From positions 480,009 through 544,008 of the forward strand of contig CBDFIO010000001.1 in assembly GCA_965248155.1 (NCBI GenBank): a DNA stretch of 64,000 nt. Reading direction: 5' to 3'. Made by a program: the position numbers and the translations under genes. Within the stretch, counting starts at the first letter, position 1. Every line of letters begins with the position of its first letter. The DNA comes from Saprospiraceae bacterium (GTDB taxonomy: Bacteria; Bacteroidota; Bacteroidia; Chitinophagales; Saprospiraceae). Positions 17,797 through 28,745 of this stretch are shown piece after piece. The notes beneath the pieces were generated by a model. It made no database searches. It saw only the letters and a program-made list of their open reading frames with translations, and had not been told where the DNA came from.

Positions 17797-18666
17797 TTAG
17801 CCATAATCACTAATATAATTTGCGAGATATTCCGATGGTGTGCATGACATAAAGTTCTTGAATGCCCTATTAAATGTAGCCTTACTTGAAAATCCGGACT
17901 CATAAGCCAATTCTAGTAATTTAACATTGGTACTTCTTCTAGAATGGATAATCTTAATAAAATAATTGATTCGGGCCTCATTAATGATGGCGTTAAAATT
18001 AGTATTGGATTGGTTACCAATAATTCTGGAAAGGTATTTCGATGAAATTTCCAGTTGATTAGCCACACGAACTACTGAAATTCTATCATCAAGAAAAATT
18101 TTATCCTTGCGAATAAGTTTAAGGAATCTGTGCCAGTAAATATTGTTTTGTGGTGAGACTTGAATATCCTGAAGATATGGGGCGATTACTACAGCAAGCA
18201 AATTAATAGATCTTTTAATCTCAGTACTATTTGCATTGTTTTTTCGATATTTTGAATATATCATTCCTGTCAACTTGTTTTTAAATATGATGGACTTTGA
18301 CAATTCAAGATTTTGAGCATGACCAATATTAGTTGGAATGGCCCTGTCTTTAGAATCAGACTTGAGCCTTCGTCTCCAATCAGAAGTTCTAAGTGGAATA
18401 TGATTTTTCTCTGGTAATGATTCTTGTAAAGATGACAGGGATGCAATCCTATCCAAGGATTTCGGTAATTTTTTAAACGTATTAGTCGAAGGACATAATT
18501 TAAAAAGGCTTAATTCCTGAAGCTTTAACTTCGATTCAAATTCATTCAAAAGATATTGAATAATTTCTTTGGAAGATTGAATCGGATTTAGATTTGGTAT
18601 AATATCTAATACGATATCTATAATGGGATTATCCCCATGCTGAGTTTGGACTGTTCTATAATTCAC
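17797..18666 (-). CDS. AraC-type HTH domain regulator
   Basis: C-terminal VVRVANQLEISSKYLSRII...LLELAYESGFSSKATFNRAFKNFMSCTPSEY. Confidence 0.75.
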   Translation of the reverse strand: MNYRTVQTQHGDNPIIDIVLDIIPNLNPIQSSKEIIQYLLNEFESKLKLQELSLFKLCPSTNTFKKLPKSLDRIASLSSLQESLPEKNHIPLRTSDWRRRLKSDSKDRAIPTNIGHAQNLELSKSIIFKNKLTGMIYSKYRKNNANSTEIKRSINLLAVVIAPYLQDIQVSPQNNIYWHRFLKLIRKDKIFLDDRISVVRVANQLEISSKYLSRIIGNQSNTNFNAIINEARINYFIKIIHSRRSTNVKLLELAYESGFSSKATFNRAFKNFMSCTPSEYLANYISDYG

Positions 18667-18898
18667 CCTTAAAATGATTTAGAAGTTGACAATTAACACT
18701 GGGAGAGTTTAAATATAACGATTTAAATATACATAATGTTGACATTGGCATGCTTACTTGAGGTCTCAAAAAGTATACAAGGAAATCTGAAGCGATAGCT
18801 ATAATAAATAGGGCTAAATTGAAGGTATTATATGTTATATATTTCCTTAAACCGTTTCCAAAGAATCACCGGATTAACAGGTGAATCATGTTTCGGCG

Positions 18899-18931
18899 GT
18901 GCCTTTATCTTCATAGTCAGGATGAAGGCAC
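18899..18931 (+). other. Stable hairpin followed by a T-run on the plus strand (orphan terminator-like structure)
   Basis: GTGCCTTTAT (18899-18908) pairs with ATGAAGGCAC (18922-18931), with one G-U pair and a 13-nt loop. It is followed by TCCTGTTTTAT. Both neighbouring genes are on the minus strand. Confidence 0.3.
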
Positions 18932-18970
18932 TCCTGTTTTATATAAATTATTGATGTAATAAAAATGAAA

Positions 18971-20782
18971 TTATTTCAGTATTATCTTTTCAGTTCTATA
19001 TGTAGTTCCAGTAAATAAATCTGATCTGAAAGTCATTTCAAATTTCACTTCTTTAGAGTTATTGACCTCTATGATCCTGGTTTCAATTTGTTCCGTATTC
19101 GCAGAAGTATAATTAGTTAAACTGTCGACGTACACTAGATCAAAACTAGTGGAACCGGCAGTAATTAGTATATTTTCAGAAGCTTCCAAGTAGTCTACGT
19201 CACTTACAAAAGGAAAGAACATGTCATCTCCTCTTTCTTTACCATATTCCCATTCCTGAGTAATATAACCTCCAATATCATTGTTGTTTTCAGAGATTGA
19301 ATATTCAACAGCTCGACTATAATCTGAAGATGCTTCACCAAAGTCTCTTCCATATCCATTGTCAAAAACCAAAAGGTTTCCATCAGGAAGAATAGCTGGT
19401 GAATGTTGCCCCCAACTCCAATCAAAATCTACACCACTTGACCTTAATACGTAATCAGAATATGGGTAGCTCCATCCTTCAGGAGGAGATAGAATCCATT
19501 TTAGTTTATTATCCCAAGTTATTTTGAATATCCCTTGGGGTTGACTTGAAACTATAATAGAGTTATCACTTTCGTCATAAATGACAGCGTTTGTATGAAT
19601 CCAATCTTGACCATCGGCTATTTTCCTGAGTGTATATCTATCCTTAGGAAGTATTTCGGCCAGATTCCAAACATTGTTAATGGTTTGGTTTTGTCTATCC
19701 AATTCAATTATATGATCATAAGGGTGAAGATTACCAACTTTACTTACAGTAATTAAAAAATTCCCATTTGGTATTTCTAAGACATCATGATGAGGGTCAA
19801 CATAGTCAGGATTGAAAAAACACTCACTTACAAAATCACCCATTATAGTGTATTCTATAATGCTTCCTTCTCCAGCTTTTCCATATGCTAAGTTTCCATT
19901 TCTAAGCATTTGTAAAGCAAATTTCCTGTCGGTAGAAAAACCCGTTGAATACCATCTCACTTTTCCAAAGGGATCAACCATAAATGGAATATGAATAGGT
20001 CTGTAATTGACAAGGAAGAGAACGTTTTCTTCTAGGGGACTATAATTTTTCACAATATCAATTTCTGGAAATTCTTCCTGCAATTCTTCTGTCATGATCG
20101 ATACTGGAATTTTTTTCCTTTCTACTCCATCTTTATTCGTAAAAATAAGTTCGACTTGATTATTAAATTCGCTATACATTCCATAAATTTTGATGAGATG
20201 ATGTTTCCCAAAAAAATCAGGATATAAAGTAATATTAGATTTTTCTCCATCAACTCCTAAAACCTTTACGATGAACTTACCCTTTACGGGCGTTTCTACT
20301 TCCACTACCGCAGTGAGCGGTGCATTACCATAAGGATTTACGTTGATTTGGTTATTCTCGATGTAAAAATCGTTCCCTAGAAATCCTGTTGAAATGGAGC
20401 TGGCATCTATTAGTTCCAAATTTACCATCCAATTAGCTGTATCAATAGAGTGATTTAGTACAATATCATCATTGACTTCGTAGAGAAGACCATCTTCATA
20501 CTCTAGGATTATCTCATTATCGATTTGATTTATAGTTTTAATAAGTGATCCGCATTCGTTAGCCTGCGCAATCATAACTTTGAAATTGAGTAAATTGTTT
20601 ATTTGAGTTAGATTTTCAATTTCATCTTCTAGTTCTAGAATTTGAGTTTCCAAATCCTCCTCATTTGTACTGCATGAAAGAATGAATACAAATAATAATA
20701 CACATATTATTAACGACAAGTAATTACATATTCTCATTTCGTAAGTTGAACTTAAAATAAATATTATGCTTAAGCTAAACAT
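18971..20782 (-). CDS. Aryl-sulfate sulfotransferase (ASST) family protein, probable lipoprotein
   Basis: Signal/lipobox LFVFILSCS. Beta-propeller part with WIHTNAVIYDESDNSIIVSSQPQGIFKITWDNKLKWIL and WGQHSPAILPDGNLLVFDNG, as in bacterial ASST. Confidence 0.65.
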   Translation of the reverse strand: MFSLSIIFILSSTYEMRICNYLSLIICVLLFVFILSCSTNEEDLETQILELEDEIENLTQINNLLNFKVMIAQANECGSLIKTINQIDNEIILEYEDGLLYEVNDDIVLNHSIDTANWMVNLELIDASSISTGFLGNDFYIENNQINVNPYGNAPLTAVVEVETPVKGKFIVKVLGVDGEKSNITLYPDFFGKHHLIKIYGMYSEFNNQVELIFTNKDGVERKKIPVSIMTEELQEEFPEIDIVKNYSPLEENVLFLVNYRPIHIPFMVDPFGKVRWYSTGFSTDRKFALQMLRNGNLAYGKAGEGSIIEYTIMGDFVSECFFNPDYVDPHHDVLEIPNGNFLITVSKVGNLHPYDHIIELDRQNQTINNVWNLAEILPKDRYTLRKIADGQDWIHTNAVIYDESDNSIIVSSQPQGIFKITWDNKLKWILSPPEGWSYPYSDYVLRSSGVDFDWSWGQHSPAILPDGNLLVFDNGYGRDFGEASSDYSRAVEYSISENNNDIGGYITQEWEYGKERGDDMFFPFVSDVDYLEASENILITAGSTSFDLVYVDSLTNYTSANTEQIETRIIEVNNSKEVKFEMTFRSDLFTGTTYRTEKIILK

Positions 20783-20899
20783 TAAAAGTAAAATTAATAT
20801 AATGAAACAGACATGACATTAATAACTGTTCCTTGAAGAAAAACTGTTTGAATTTGGTTTGTTGATGATATCCATTCAGAATTCTTTATTTTTCAGACA

Positions 20900-22909
20900 A
20901 TGAATTTGAAAGGATCCATAACACTATCTTGTATAATTACGATTCTAGGGTTCGTAGCTTGCAATCTGGACTCTTCACCTAATACTAAGTCAGAGTCTTT
21001 TGATTATTATCCTACATCTAAACCATTCGCTCGCTGGTGGTGGTTTGCAACAGAAATAAAGAAAAACGATATACGGTTCCAATTGGATTGGGCAAAAGAG
21101 AAGAACTTTGGTGGGGTAGAGGTCGCCTGGGTTTATCCTTTATATCGCTATCAAAGAATGTATGCCAGAAATTATAACAGACATTATCCTAAAGATACAA
21201 CTGCCCAGAAATGGTTGAGTCCGGAATGGGTTGATGTAGTCTCTTTTACTAAATCTTATGCAGATTCCATCGGATTGGTGTGCGATTTTACTTTTGGAAG
21301 CGCCTGGCCCGTTGCAGGTTCAAATATCACCAAGGAGTATTCATCTCAGGTTTATGGAGATTCTACATTTCGACAGTTGTTAACTTTTGCTTGGACATTC
21401 CCGGATACTCAATACGTAATCAATCATCTGGATAGCAATGCCTTTCATCAATTTGCCGAGCCTGTAGGCGAAGCGCTAACACAAGCATTAAAAGGATCTA
21501 AATCCGCTTTGTTTACTGATTCCTGGGAGATAAAGCTAAATTCCAATTATAAGATTTGGACACCTGGTTTTGATAAAAGCTTTTTGGAAAAATATGGGTA
21601 TGATATTATTCCATATATGGAAACCGGTCTTGATTCTTTCTCCGATGTCCGATACGATTATCAAATGCTATTGGATGACTATGTTACCGAGGGGTTCTAT
21701 AAACCCTATGTTAATAAGTGTAAAGAATTAGGTGCTTGGTCCAGGGTTCAGTGTCTTGCATCTCCTACGGATGTTATGACCACTTATGGGCTCGTCGATA
21801 TTCCTGAAACGGAAGCCATGTTGAACAACCCCAATTATTCAAGGATTGTAAGTTCTTCAGCTTGTTTGAGTTCTAAATCACTTGTTTCAAGTGAATCATT
21901 TACTTGTATGTATGGCTTTCCTTCCACTTATTTGAGAGAAGAACAAACTGCAGACCTCAAATTGGTAGCCGATGCGCTCTTTTCCCAAGGTGTTAATCAT
22001 CATGTTTATCATGGAATGCCTTATAATCCTGAAGGAAGTGACACTATTGAATTCTTTGCAACAACATATTTTGGACCTGGTGGTAGCTTGTCTGAAGAGT
22101 TAGCAGATTTCAATTCCTATATAGAAAAAGTTTCAGGAATTCTTCGAACTGGTCATAGCTATTCTGATGTAGCACTTTATATTCCATATGAAGATGGTGT
22201 AATGAAGGGAGCCTATCCTCCGGAACGACAAAGGGTATGGGTCTGGGGAGAGTACGAGTTAAGATATATATATCCACCTGAGGAGACTGAAGGATATCAT
22301 CCTTTATGGATAAATCGACATTTTTTAGAACAAGCCCATTTTAATAAAGGACAATTACATGTCGGTGATGCTCATTTTTCTTCGCTTTATGTTGATGTAG
22401 AATTCATGGATAGTCGTGCTTTGAAACGAGTTGTTGAGCTTGCTGCAGAGGGTCTTCCTGTGTGCCTGAAAAGTATGCCGAAAGAGCCAGGTAAAATGAA
22501 ATCCAGTGATTATCAAGATTTATTAGAGCAATTGTCTTCCTTCAGCAATGTGTCTTCTGATTTGAAGAGTCTGATCAATCACCCTCCACTTATTGAAGGA
22601 ACCGATATTCCAGAATATTGGTGTAGAGTTGATGATGAAGGAACATATTATCTGTTTTTAGCACAGCCTAAGACTAAACATCTGAAGTATCCTCTCTTTT
22701 CAGGACAATCATTTATGGAAGAACCCGAAATTAAAGACTTAAGTATAACTGTAAATGGCCTTTCTATTCAAAGGCAATTTGAATTTAAACCCTACCAATC
22801 ATTGCTCGTTAAAATTTCTTCGGATGGAGAAATCGAGTTGATGGATATTGACTTTATTCCAAAGGATCCAGTTATTCGTCCAAAAGAAAAACAAAAAATG
22901 TACTTTTAA
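20900..22909 (+). CDS. Putative glycoside-hydrolase-like lipoprotein (family not assignable by eye)
   Basis: Lipoprotein signal (LGFVAC). The N-terminal block ARWWWFATEIKKNDIRFQLDWAKEKNFGGVEV resembles the start of large Bacteroidota glycosidases. It lies immediately upstream of a GH28 gene. Confidence 0.4.
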   Translation: MNLKGSITLSCIITILGFVACNLDSSPNTKSESFDYYPTSKPFARWWWFATEIKKNDIRFQLDWAKEKNFGGVEVAWVYPLYRYQRMYARNYNRHYPKDTTAQKWLSPEWVDVVSFTKSYADSIGLVCDFTFGSAWPVAGSNITKEYSSQVYGDSTFRQLLTFAWTFPDTQYVINHLDSNAFHQFAEPVGEALTQALKGSKSALFTDSWEIKLNSNYKIWTPGFDKSFLEKYGYDIIPYMETGLDSFSDVRYDYQMLLDDYVTEGFYKPYVNKCKELGAWSRVQCLASPTDVMTTYGLVDIPETEAMLNNPNYSRIVSSSACLSSKSLVSSESFTCMYGFPSTYLREEQTADLKLVADALFSQGVNHHVYHGMPYNPEGSDTIEFFATTYFGPGGSLSEELADFNSYIEKVSGILRTGHSYSDVALYIPYEDGVMKGAYPPERQRVWVWGEYELRYIYPPEETEGYHPLWINRHFLEQAHFNKGQLHVGDAHFSSLYVDVEFMDSRALKRVVELAAEGLPVCLKSMPKEPGKMKSSDYQDLLEQLSSFSNVSSDLKSLINHPPLIEGTDIPEYWCRVDDEGTYYLFLAQPKTKHLKYPLFSGQSFMEEPEIKDLSITVNGLSIQRQFEFKPYQSLLVKISSDGEIELMDIDFIPKDPVIRPKEKQKMYF

Positions 22910-22962
22910 ACTGTTACTTGTATTTGTTACTATACACTATAAATAAGGACTTTCAAATAATT

Positions 22963-24459
22963 ATGCAGTATATACTTTTCATTTTCTTCATGTTTTTCGC
23001 GATGAGTTATAATAATGCTCAAGAATATAATATCCTCGATTTTGGAGCGATTCCAGATGGTAAGACCTTGTGCACAAAGCAAATTCAAAATGCGATTAAT
23101 ACCGCTAACGAGCGGGGCGGTGGCCAGGTGATCTTTCCTAAAGGCACATTTCTCAGTGGCAGTATACTTATGAAATCCGGTGTTGAACTTTACTTAGAGG
23201 AAGAGGCTGTTTTATTGGGTAGTACAGATCCAAAACATTATCTGAAACTAAATAGATGGAAAGCTTTCATCTTGGCTGATCATCAGGATAATATTTCTAT
23301 TAAAGGGACTGGTGAAATTAATGGACAAGGCAGACAGTTGGCGCTCCATATTGACAGTCTTTTCTATGCTGGGCAAATCGATAGTTCAGATTATAATTTT
23401 GTTGAGATGCGTCCTAAATATTATTTGCGTCCGCAGCTTATTGAATTCGTGGATTGTAATAACGTGGAAGTCATCGATGTTACTTTGAAAAATGCGGCAT
23501 GTTGGGTTCAAACACACGACCGATGTGTAAATGTAATTATTGATAATGTTACCACAATAAGTGATGCCTATTGGAACAATGACGGCATAGATATTTCAGA
23601 TTGTAAAAATGTCAGAATCACGAATTGTTATGTCAATGCAGCAGATGATGGGATTTGTCTCAAGTCTCACTCTGACGATTATTATTGTGATAGTATATAC
23701 ATTGCAAATTGTACAGTTCGTTCCAGTGCCAGTGCCATCAAATTTGGAACAAAATCGGCAGGAGGGTTTAAAAATGTGACCATAGAAAATATAAAAGTCT
23801 ATGATACATTCAGGTCAGTTGTTGCTATTGAAAATGTAGATGGCGGTATCGTAGAAAATATTCTTATCAAGAATGTCACAGCAAAGAATACCGGTAATGC
23901 CATTTTTATTAAGATAGGAAACCGGAGGCGTCAAAAAGACACAGGTGTTTTGCGAAATGTTGTTTTGAAAAACTTTAAGGTGGAGGTGGCATTCGGTCGA
24001 CCGGATAACGACTATGAGATTAGAGGACCTTCACTTCCGTTTTTTCATAATACTTTTCCTTCGTCGATTACCGGAATCCCTGGATATCCAGTTGAAAATG
24101 TCGTTCTTGAAAACATTGAAATTATCTATCCCGGGAAAGGTAATGATGGGCTTGCCAATATGCCTTTGTCAAGATTGAAAGATGTGCCGGAAAAAATTAA
24201 AGCCTATCCTGAATTTTCGATGTTTGGTGAATTACCTGCATGGGGCTTTTACGTAAGACATATGGATGGATTGGTAATGAGTAATATCCGGATAAGTATT
24301 AAAGAACCAGATTACAGACCTGCTGTCGTTTTTGATGATGTTAACAACTTAATTGTTCGATCCTTGATCATTGGAGGAGACGAAAAAAATAATAAGATCA
24401 TTTTGCATAACACGGATAATGTGAGTATTGATAATAGATCTTCAGTTGTGAAAATGTAA
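22963..24459 (+). CDS. Glycoside hydrolase family 28 (polygalacturonase-like, right-handed beta-helix)
   Basis: YNILDFGAIPDGKTLCTKQIQNAINTA...GGQVIFPKGTFLSG, and catalytic-region NNDGIDISDCKNVRITNCYVNAADDGICLKS. The start was chosen at the ATG preceding the signal peptide (the ORF track begins at 22918). Confidence 0.8.
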   Translation: MQYILFIFFMFFAMSYNNAQEYNILDFGAIPDGKTLCTKQIQNAINTANERGGGQVIFPKGTFLSGSILMKSGVELYLEEEAVLLGSTDPKHYLKLNRWKAFILADHQDNISIKGTGEINGQGRQLALHIDSLFYAGQIDSSDYNFVEMRPKYYLRPQLIEFVDCNNVEVIDVTLKNAACWVQTHDRCVNVIIDNVTTISDAYWNNDGIDISDCKNVRITNCYVNAADDGICLKSHSDDYYCDSIYIANCTVRSSASAIKFGTKSAGGFKNVTIENIKVYDTFRSVVAIENVDGGIVENILIKNVTAKNTGNAIFIKIGNRRRQKDTGVLRNVVLKNFKVEVAFGRPDNDYEIRGPSLPFFHNTFPSSITGIPGYPVENVVLENIEIIYPGKGNDGLANMPLSRLKDVPEKIKAYPEFSMFGELPAWGFYVRHMDGLVMSNIRISIKEPDYRPAVVFDDVNNLIVRSLIIGGDEKNNKIILHNTDNVSIDNRSSVVKM

Positions 24460-24468
24460 GCTTTACTT

Positions 24469-25386
24469 ATGTCCAATTATCGCACTATACCCATTGCTTT
24501 TTTATTAATCATATCGGGATGTAATAAATCAATTTTTGAGACTTCTTACAACGATGGATCAACAGGATTTGGAAAAGGAGCGTTACTTACTACCAAATTT
24601 AATTCATTCGAAGAATTGAAAGAAGTCATTCAAATTGACTATTCCCGACAAGGAAGAAATCAAGTGACTTTACGACACAATGGAGGAAGAGCAGGAGTTG
24701 TCAGCATACTCAAATCTGGTATTAATAAAACTGATTTTATTCTAGCTAAGAAGGGAACATTATGGAATAAACTATCATTGGGATTACAGACGCCATATGC
24801 TGTCATCAATAAAACAAAATTGCTTGAAGCCTATATCCTTGCAAGACGACGTTTCGATGTGTTTGGAGAAGGAGATATTGCATTTTTCGACTTTGCACAA
24901 AAAATGGTGTCTCATATTAATTCAAGCGATTTGCAAAAAATCCGTAGAGAGGATTTAACTGAAAAAGGCTACCTCAATACTTTTAATCATATTACTGCTC
25001 AAGCATTTATGACGACTCTTTTCTCTGAAAAGATGGCAGACTTTATTGCTGACGTTCATGAACGTGATCGTTTGCCGGAATTAATTACTGGAGATTTTAC
25101 TGAGGAACAATTATCAGACCTCGACAATGGGGCTGTCGATAATTATGTGGACATAATTAATAATGAGTGGGGACAAGAGCTTGGCAAATTTCTAAAAAAG
25201 AAATTTAGAATAGAATCAGATACATATTGGACTGCCGAATTACTAGCCAATTACTTAAATGAAATTCAAAGCTATTTTAGTTGGAATTTTCAGATTGGAT
25301 TTGAACCATTCAGACCTTCAGATGATATTGTAATAAGGTTTGCTTACAAGTTGGAAAGTATAAAAGCAGATGTTTCAGTTTACTAG
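24469..25386 (+). CDS. Hypothetical lipoprotein (305 aa)
   Basis: Lipobox LLIISGC. No motif recognised. Confidence 0.5.
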   Translation: MSNYRTIPIAFLLIISGCNKSIFETSYNDGSTGFGKGALLTTKFNSFEELKEVIQIDYSRQGRNQVTLRHNGGRAGVVSILKSGINKTDFILAKKGTLWNKLSLGLQTPYAVINKTKLLEAYILARRRFDVFGEGDIAFFDFAQKMVSHINSSDLQKIRREDLTEKGYLNTFNHITAQAFMTTLFSEKMADFIADVHERDRLPELITGDFTEEQLSDLDNGAVDNYVDIINNEWGQELGKFLKKKFRIESDTYWTAELLANYLNEIQSYFSWNFQIGFEPFRPSDDIVIRFAYKLESIKADVSVY

Positions 25387-25426
25387 GCGGATATTCAAGA
25401 CAGACGTCAACTTTCTTTAGTGGCTA

Positions 25427-26470
25427 TTACTTCTTAATCAGTTGATATTTGGTTCTTCCGGTTGTATCATCAATAATATTGTAGTTATTCTGAATCTCTT
25501 TTCTCCCAACGACCAACCAATTGTTTATAGCATTCATCCAGTCTTCTTCTTCAACGGTTGCTTTATGAAGATCAGCGCCACTAAAGTTGGCTTCTGTCAG
25601 ATTGATTCTCCTCAAATTGGCATCTACAAGAATTGCATCACTCATGTTTACTCGCAATAAATTTGATCCAAAGAAATCAGCTCTTTCCATATTTGCTCCG
25701 TTGAACAGTGCATTGTTTAAATCTGCCCATTGTAAGTCTGTATTGCTTAAATCTGCTTTTTTTAATGTGGCATTTGAGAAATTTGCGCCATTAAGATCAG
25801 CATTATTAAAGTTCGCTTTGTTACAGTCTGACCAACTAAAGTCTGCTCTTTTCATATCTGCAGATTGTAGTTTTGCTTTTTTTAGATTCGCTCCCCAAAA
25901 TATAGTTTTCTTTAAATCAGAATAACTGAAATCTACTTCTTCAAGTTGTGCATCTTTCAGGTTGGCTTGACTTAAATCAACATAACTTAAGTCTGCACTT
26001 TTTAGGTTCGCTCCGGTTAAGTCAGCATGTGAAAAGGAGGAGTTCACTTTTATATTATGGAAAGAAGTCGAATCGATATTCATGGTCGCCAAGTAAAGCA
26101 AGAGGATTCCTCTTTCCGGGCTCAGTGCGTTGCTGGAAAGGCTGTCTCCATTTATAAATTTATATGGCTTGAGAGAATAACTAAGTACTTCAATTCTATT
26201 TATTGTTTCAACAGAGAGGACCCGGGTGGAGTTATTCTTTAATTCATCATCTATAATATCAAAGAGATTATTCATCAATGTTGATACATTACTATTTCTA
26301 AAAGAATCAATAAGTGAAGTTTGATAATCTATAATATTACTGAGCTCTTGAAATTCGTACTTAAAGTTTTTATTCTGTTTGTAAATGAAAAAACAACAAA
26401 CAATAATCCCAACCAGAAGGAAGGAAGTTGTTAATGTCCCACTACGATTAATCTTTCTGCTCGCGTTCAT
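25427..26470 (-). CDS. Membrane-anchored pentapeptide-repeat protein
   Basis: N-terminal TM helix, then about 35 consecutive A(D/N)LxX pentapeptides (ADLTGANLKSADLSYVDLSQANLKDAQL...). Confidence 0.85.
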   Translation of the reverse strand: MNASRKINRSGTLTTSFLLVGIIVCCFFIYKQNKNFKYEFQELSNIIDYQTSLIDSFRNSNVSTLMNNLFDIIDDELKNNSTRVLSVETINRIEVLSYSLKPYKFINGDSLSSNALSPERGILLLYLATMNIDSTSFHNIKVNSSFSHADLTGANLKSADLSYVDLSQANLKDAQLEEVDFSYSDLKKTIFWGANLKKAKLQSADMKRADFSWSDCNKANFNNADLNGANFSNATLKKADLSNTDLQWADLNNALFNGANMERADFFGSNLLRVNMSDAILVDANLRRINLTEANFSGADLHKATVEEEDWMNAINNWLVVGRKEIQNNYNIIDDTTGRTKYQLIKK

Positions 26471-26671
26471 GATGAAAAATTAATCATTTACACTCAGTCC
26501 ATAATTATTTCTCTAGTAAAAGTTTAGAATGTACATCTTCATCAATTCATTTGGATGGAAAAACCATGGGATTTTAGTATATTTAGAAAATAGGGTCTCA
26601 TTCTTTAAGTTAAAGTTTATAGAGCATATTGGATTCCTATTTCAACCTTTAATAACTAAACCAAATGAATT

Positions 26672-27043
26672 ATGGCAACTAGGACAATTTATGTAAGCAA
26701 GGAAGCTACAAACAATAACCTCGTTTTGAGGGATAGCGAAGGACATAATCCGGGTAATGACCAACTCACAACCGATGTACGACCCGGAGATACAGTAATT
26801 TGGGAGCTTGACCCCACAGCCAGACCTCCACGAACTATTTATTCACTTGAAGGTGTAATGGAAAAGCCATTTACTACTGTAGATCTTTTAGTTGCTCCTC
26901 CAACTAAATCCGATAATCAATATCAGGGAACCGTTACCAGTGCTACTAATAAAACAGGACAAGAAGAAAATTATAATATAAGATATAAGGTTACTTCTGA
27001 TGGACAGGTATTAACGGATGATCCAAAATTGAAAATGATTTAA
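26672..27043 (+). CDS. Hypothetical small protein (123 aa)
   Basis: Isolated ORF with its own intergenic regions. No motif recognised. Confidence 0.45.
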   Translation: MATRTIYVSKEATNNNLVLRDSEGHNPGNDQLTTDVRPGDTVIWELDPTARPPRTIYSLEGVMEKPFTTVDLLVAPPTKSDNQYQGTVTSATNKTGQEENYNIRYKVTSDGQVLTDDPKLKMI

Positions 27044-27126
27044 TTTCAATTTGTTATTATTAATTTTAATTAGATAGCATATTTAGTTATAGACCTTGAA
27101 AAAGGATCATCTTTACTTTATCGCAT

Positions 27127-27741
27127 ATGCAAATGGGCAATAGATTTCTCCTGGGTATAATGATGTTGTTATTCAATTTGGCACTTATTGGGCAAAACCA
27201 AAAAATGTCTGATAGCCTGAAAGCAATTTATCATTCCGGTTCAAAAATTGATTCTACACTACAGCTTCTTGTTGAAATTACAATCTATGAAAGTAGCCCC
27301 GATAGCTTACTGTTTTATTCTGACTTGCTCATTGAAAAAGCATTAGAATTAACTGATTTAAACGCACTACATAATGGTTATTTGCAGAAAGGAAATGCAT
27401 TACGACTGAAAGGAGATCTTGACCATGCATTAGATGCCTTTTTCAAAAGTATTGATTACGCAATAAAAATCGAAGATAACAAAGGTGTCGGCAAGCTCAA
27501 TATCTCAATTGCCGATATTTATTCTGAAAACGGAAACAGTAATAATGCTTTGCTTTATTACCATAAAGGGATAGATATACTGAGGGAAACACAGGATTCG
27601 GTTTCGCTTGCTACAGCACTTAATAATATCGGTGATGAATGTTTTTACTCCGGACAGTTAGATTCTGCAATCATTTATACACAGGAAGCGGCCAAGATTT
27701 TCAATGATGTAAATCGTCAAATAAAAGTGGACAATAAGTGA
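27127..27741 (+). pseudogene. TPR-repeat protein, N-terminal fragment (native sequence to 27707) truncated by IS3-family copy 2
   Basis: Signal peptide plus TPR units (ALRLKGDLDHALDAFFKSIDYA, ALLYYHKGIDIL, ALNNIGDECFYSGQLDSAIIYTQEA). The last 11 codons (VNRQIKVDNK) are read from the IS terminal repeat. Confidence 0.75.
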
Positions 27742-27747
27742 ATAAAA

Positions 27748-28731
27748 TTAAGTTACACTTTTAAAAGTTAAATTGAAATATTCTTGTCTGCGTTTTTTAA
27801 ATGTTTTGTGTTTACATAATTTTCTTCTCTTCAGTTTTTCTTCTTTTAATCCATAATAAACATCTGCTGGTGTCAAGTTTTGTAAAGATTCATGATATCT
27901 GTGATGGTTATAATATTTTACAAATTGTGAAAGACGAAAACTCAATTCACCTGGGCTGTAATAATGATCCAGTTTAATTACATTTTTCATCGTTCTGTGA
28001 TACCTTTCAATCTTGCCTTGCGTTTGAGGATGACCAGGTCTTCCTCTCACATGTTTAATTTTGTAATCATCCAAATAAGAGCTCAACTCTTGACTTAAAT
28101 AACAAGATCCATTATCAGATAATAACTTAGGCGGTTTATTCAAATTTACATTTGGATGGTTTAATGCCTGATTCAAAGTATTTTTTACATCAAGGGTTTT
28201 CATCGTTGAGCACAACTCCCAACTTATAATGTACCTAGAATAATCATCTAATATAGTCGATAGGTAATACCATCCCCAGCCAATGATTTTGAAATAAGTA
28301 AAATCAGTTTGCCACATTTGATTGACAGTTGTTGTTTTGTCTTTAAATTCATCTGCGGCAGATATCAGATCATAATGAGGAGGGTTTATCAGTCCAGCAG
28401 ATTTCAATATTCTGTAAACACTGCTTTCGCTTATAAAGTATTGATTCTCATCAGTATACCTGCAAGCCAATTCTCTACAAGAAAGCTCTGAAACTTCCAG
28501 TGCCAGATTCAATATATCAGACCTGATCCGATCAGGAATCTTGTTCCAGTAATGCTTCCTTGTACTTTTCTTTTCCTCTAATCCTACAATTCCATTTTCC
28601 CGATATTTCTTATACCAGTTGTAAAAGGTTGATTTGTGAATACCAATTTCCTTGAGAGTTCTTCTAATGCTCCATTCGGATTGCTCAACCAGCCTAATCA
28701 GTTCCATCTTTTCTTTTGCTGTAAATCGCAT
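27748..28731 (-). CDS. IS3-family transposase OrfB
   Basis: A few substitutions relative to the copy-1 OrfB. Confidence 0.9.
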   Translation of the reverse strand: MRFTAKEKMELIRLVEQSEWSIRRTLKEIGIHKSTFYNWYKKYRENGIVGLEEKKSTRKHYWNKIPDRIRSDILNLALEVSELSCRELACRYTDENQYFISESSVYRILKSAGLINPPHYDLISAADEFKDKTTTVNQMWQTDFTYFKIIGWGWYYLSTILDDYSRYIISWELCSTMKTLDVKNTLNQALNHPNVNLNKPPKLLSDNGSCYLSQELSSYLDDYKIKHVRGRPGHPQTQGKIERYHRTMKNVIKLDHYYSPGELSFRLSQFVKYYNHHRYHESLQNLTPADVYYGLKEEKLKRRKLCKHKTFKKRRQEYFNLTFKSVT

Positions 28732-28745
28732 ATACTTCTTGAATT

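Noticed and set aside
25442-26242. Several plus-strand ORFs (25442-25660, 25587-25925, 25948-26157, 26057-26242)
   Set aside because: They lie antisense within the pentapeptide-repeat gene. The low-complexity repeat keeps the opposite strand open, and their translations are repetitive mirror images (..SALLKSA..).
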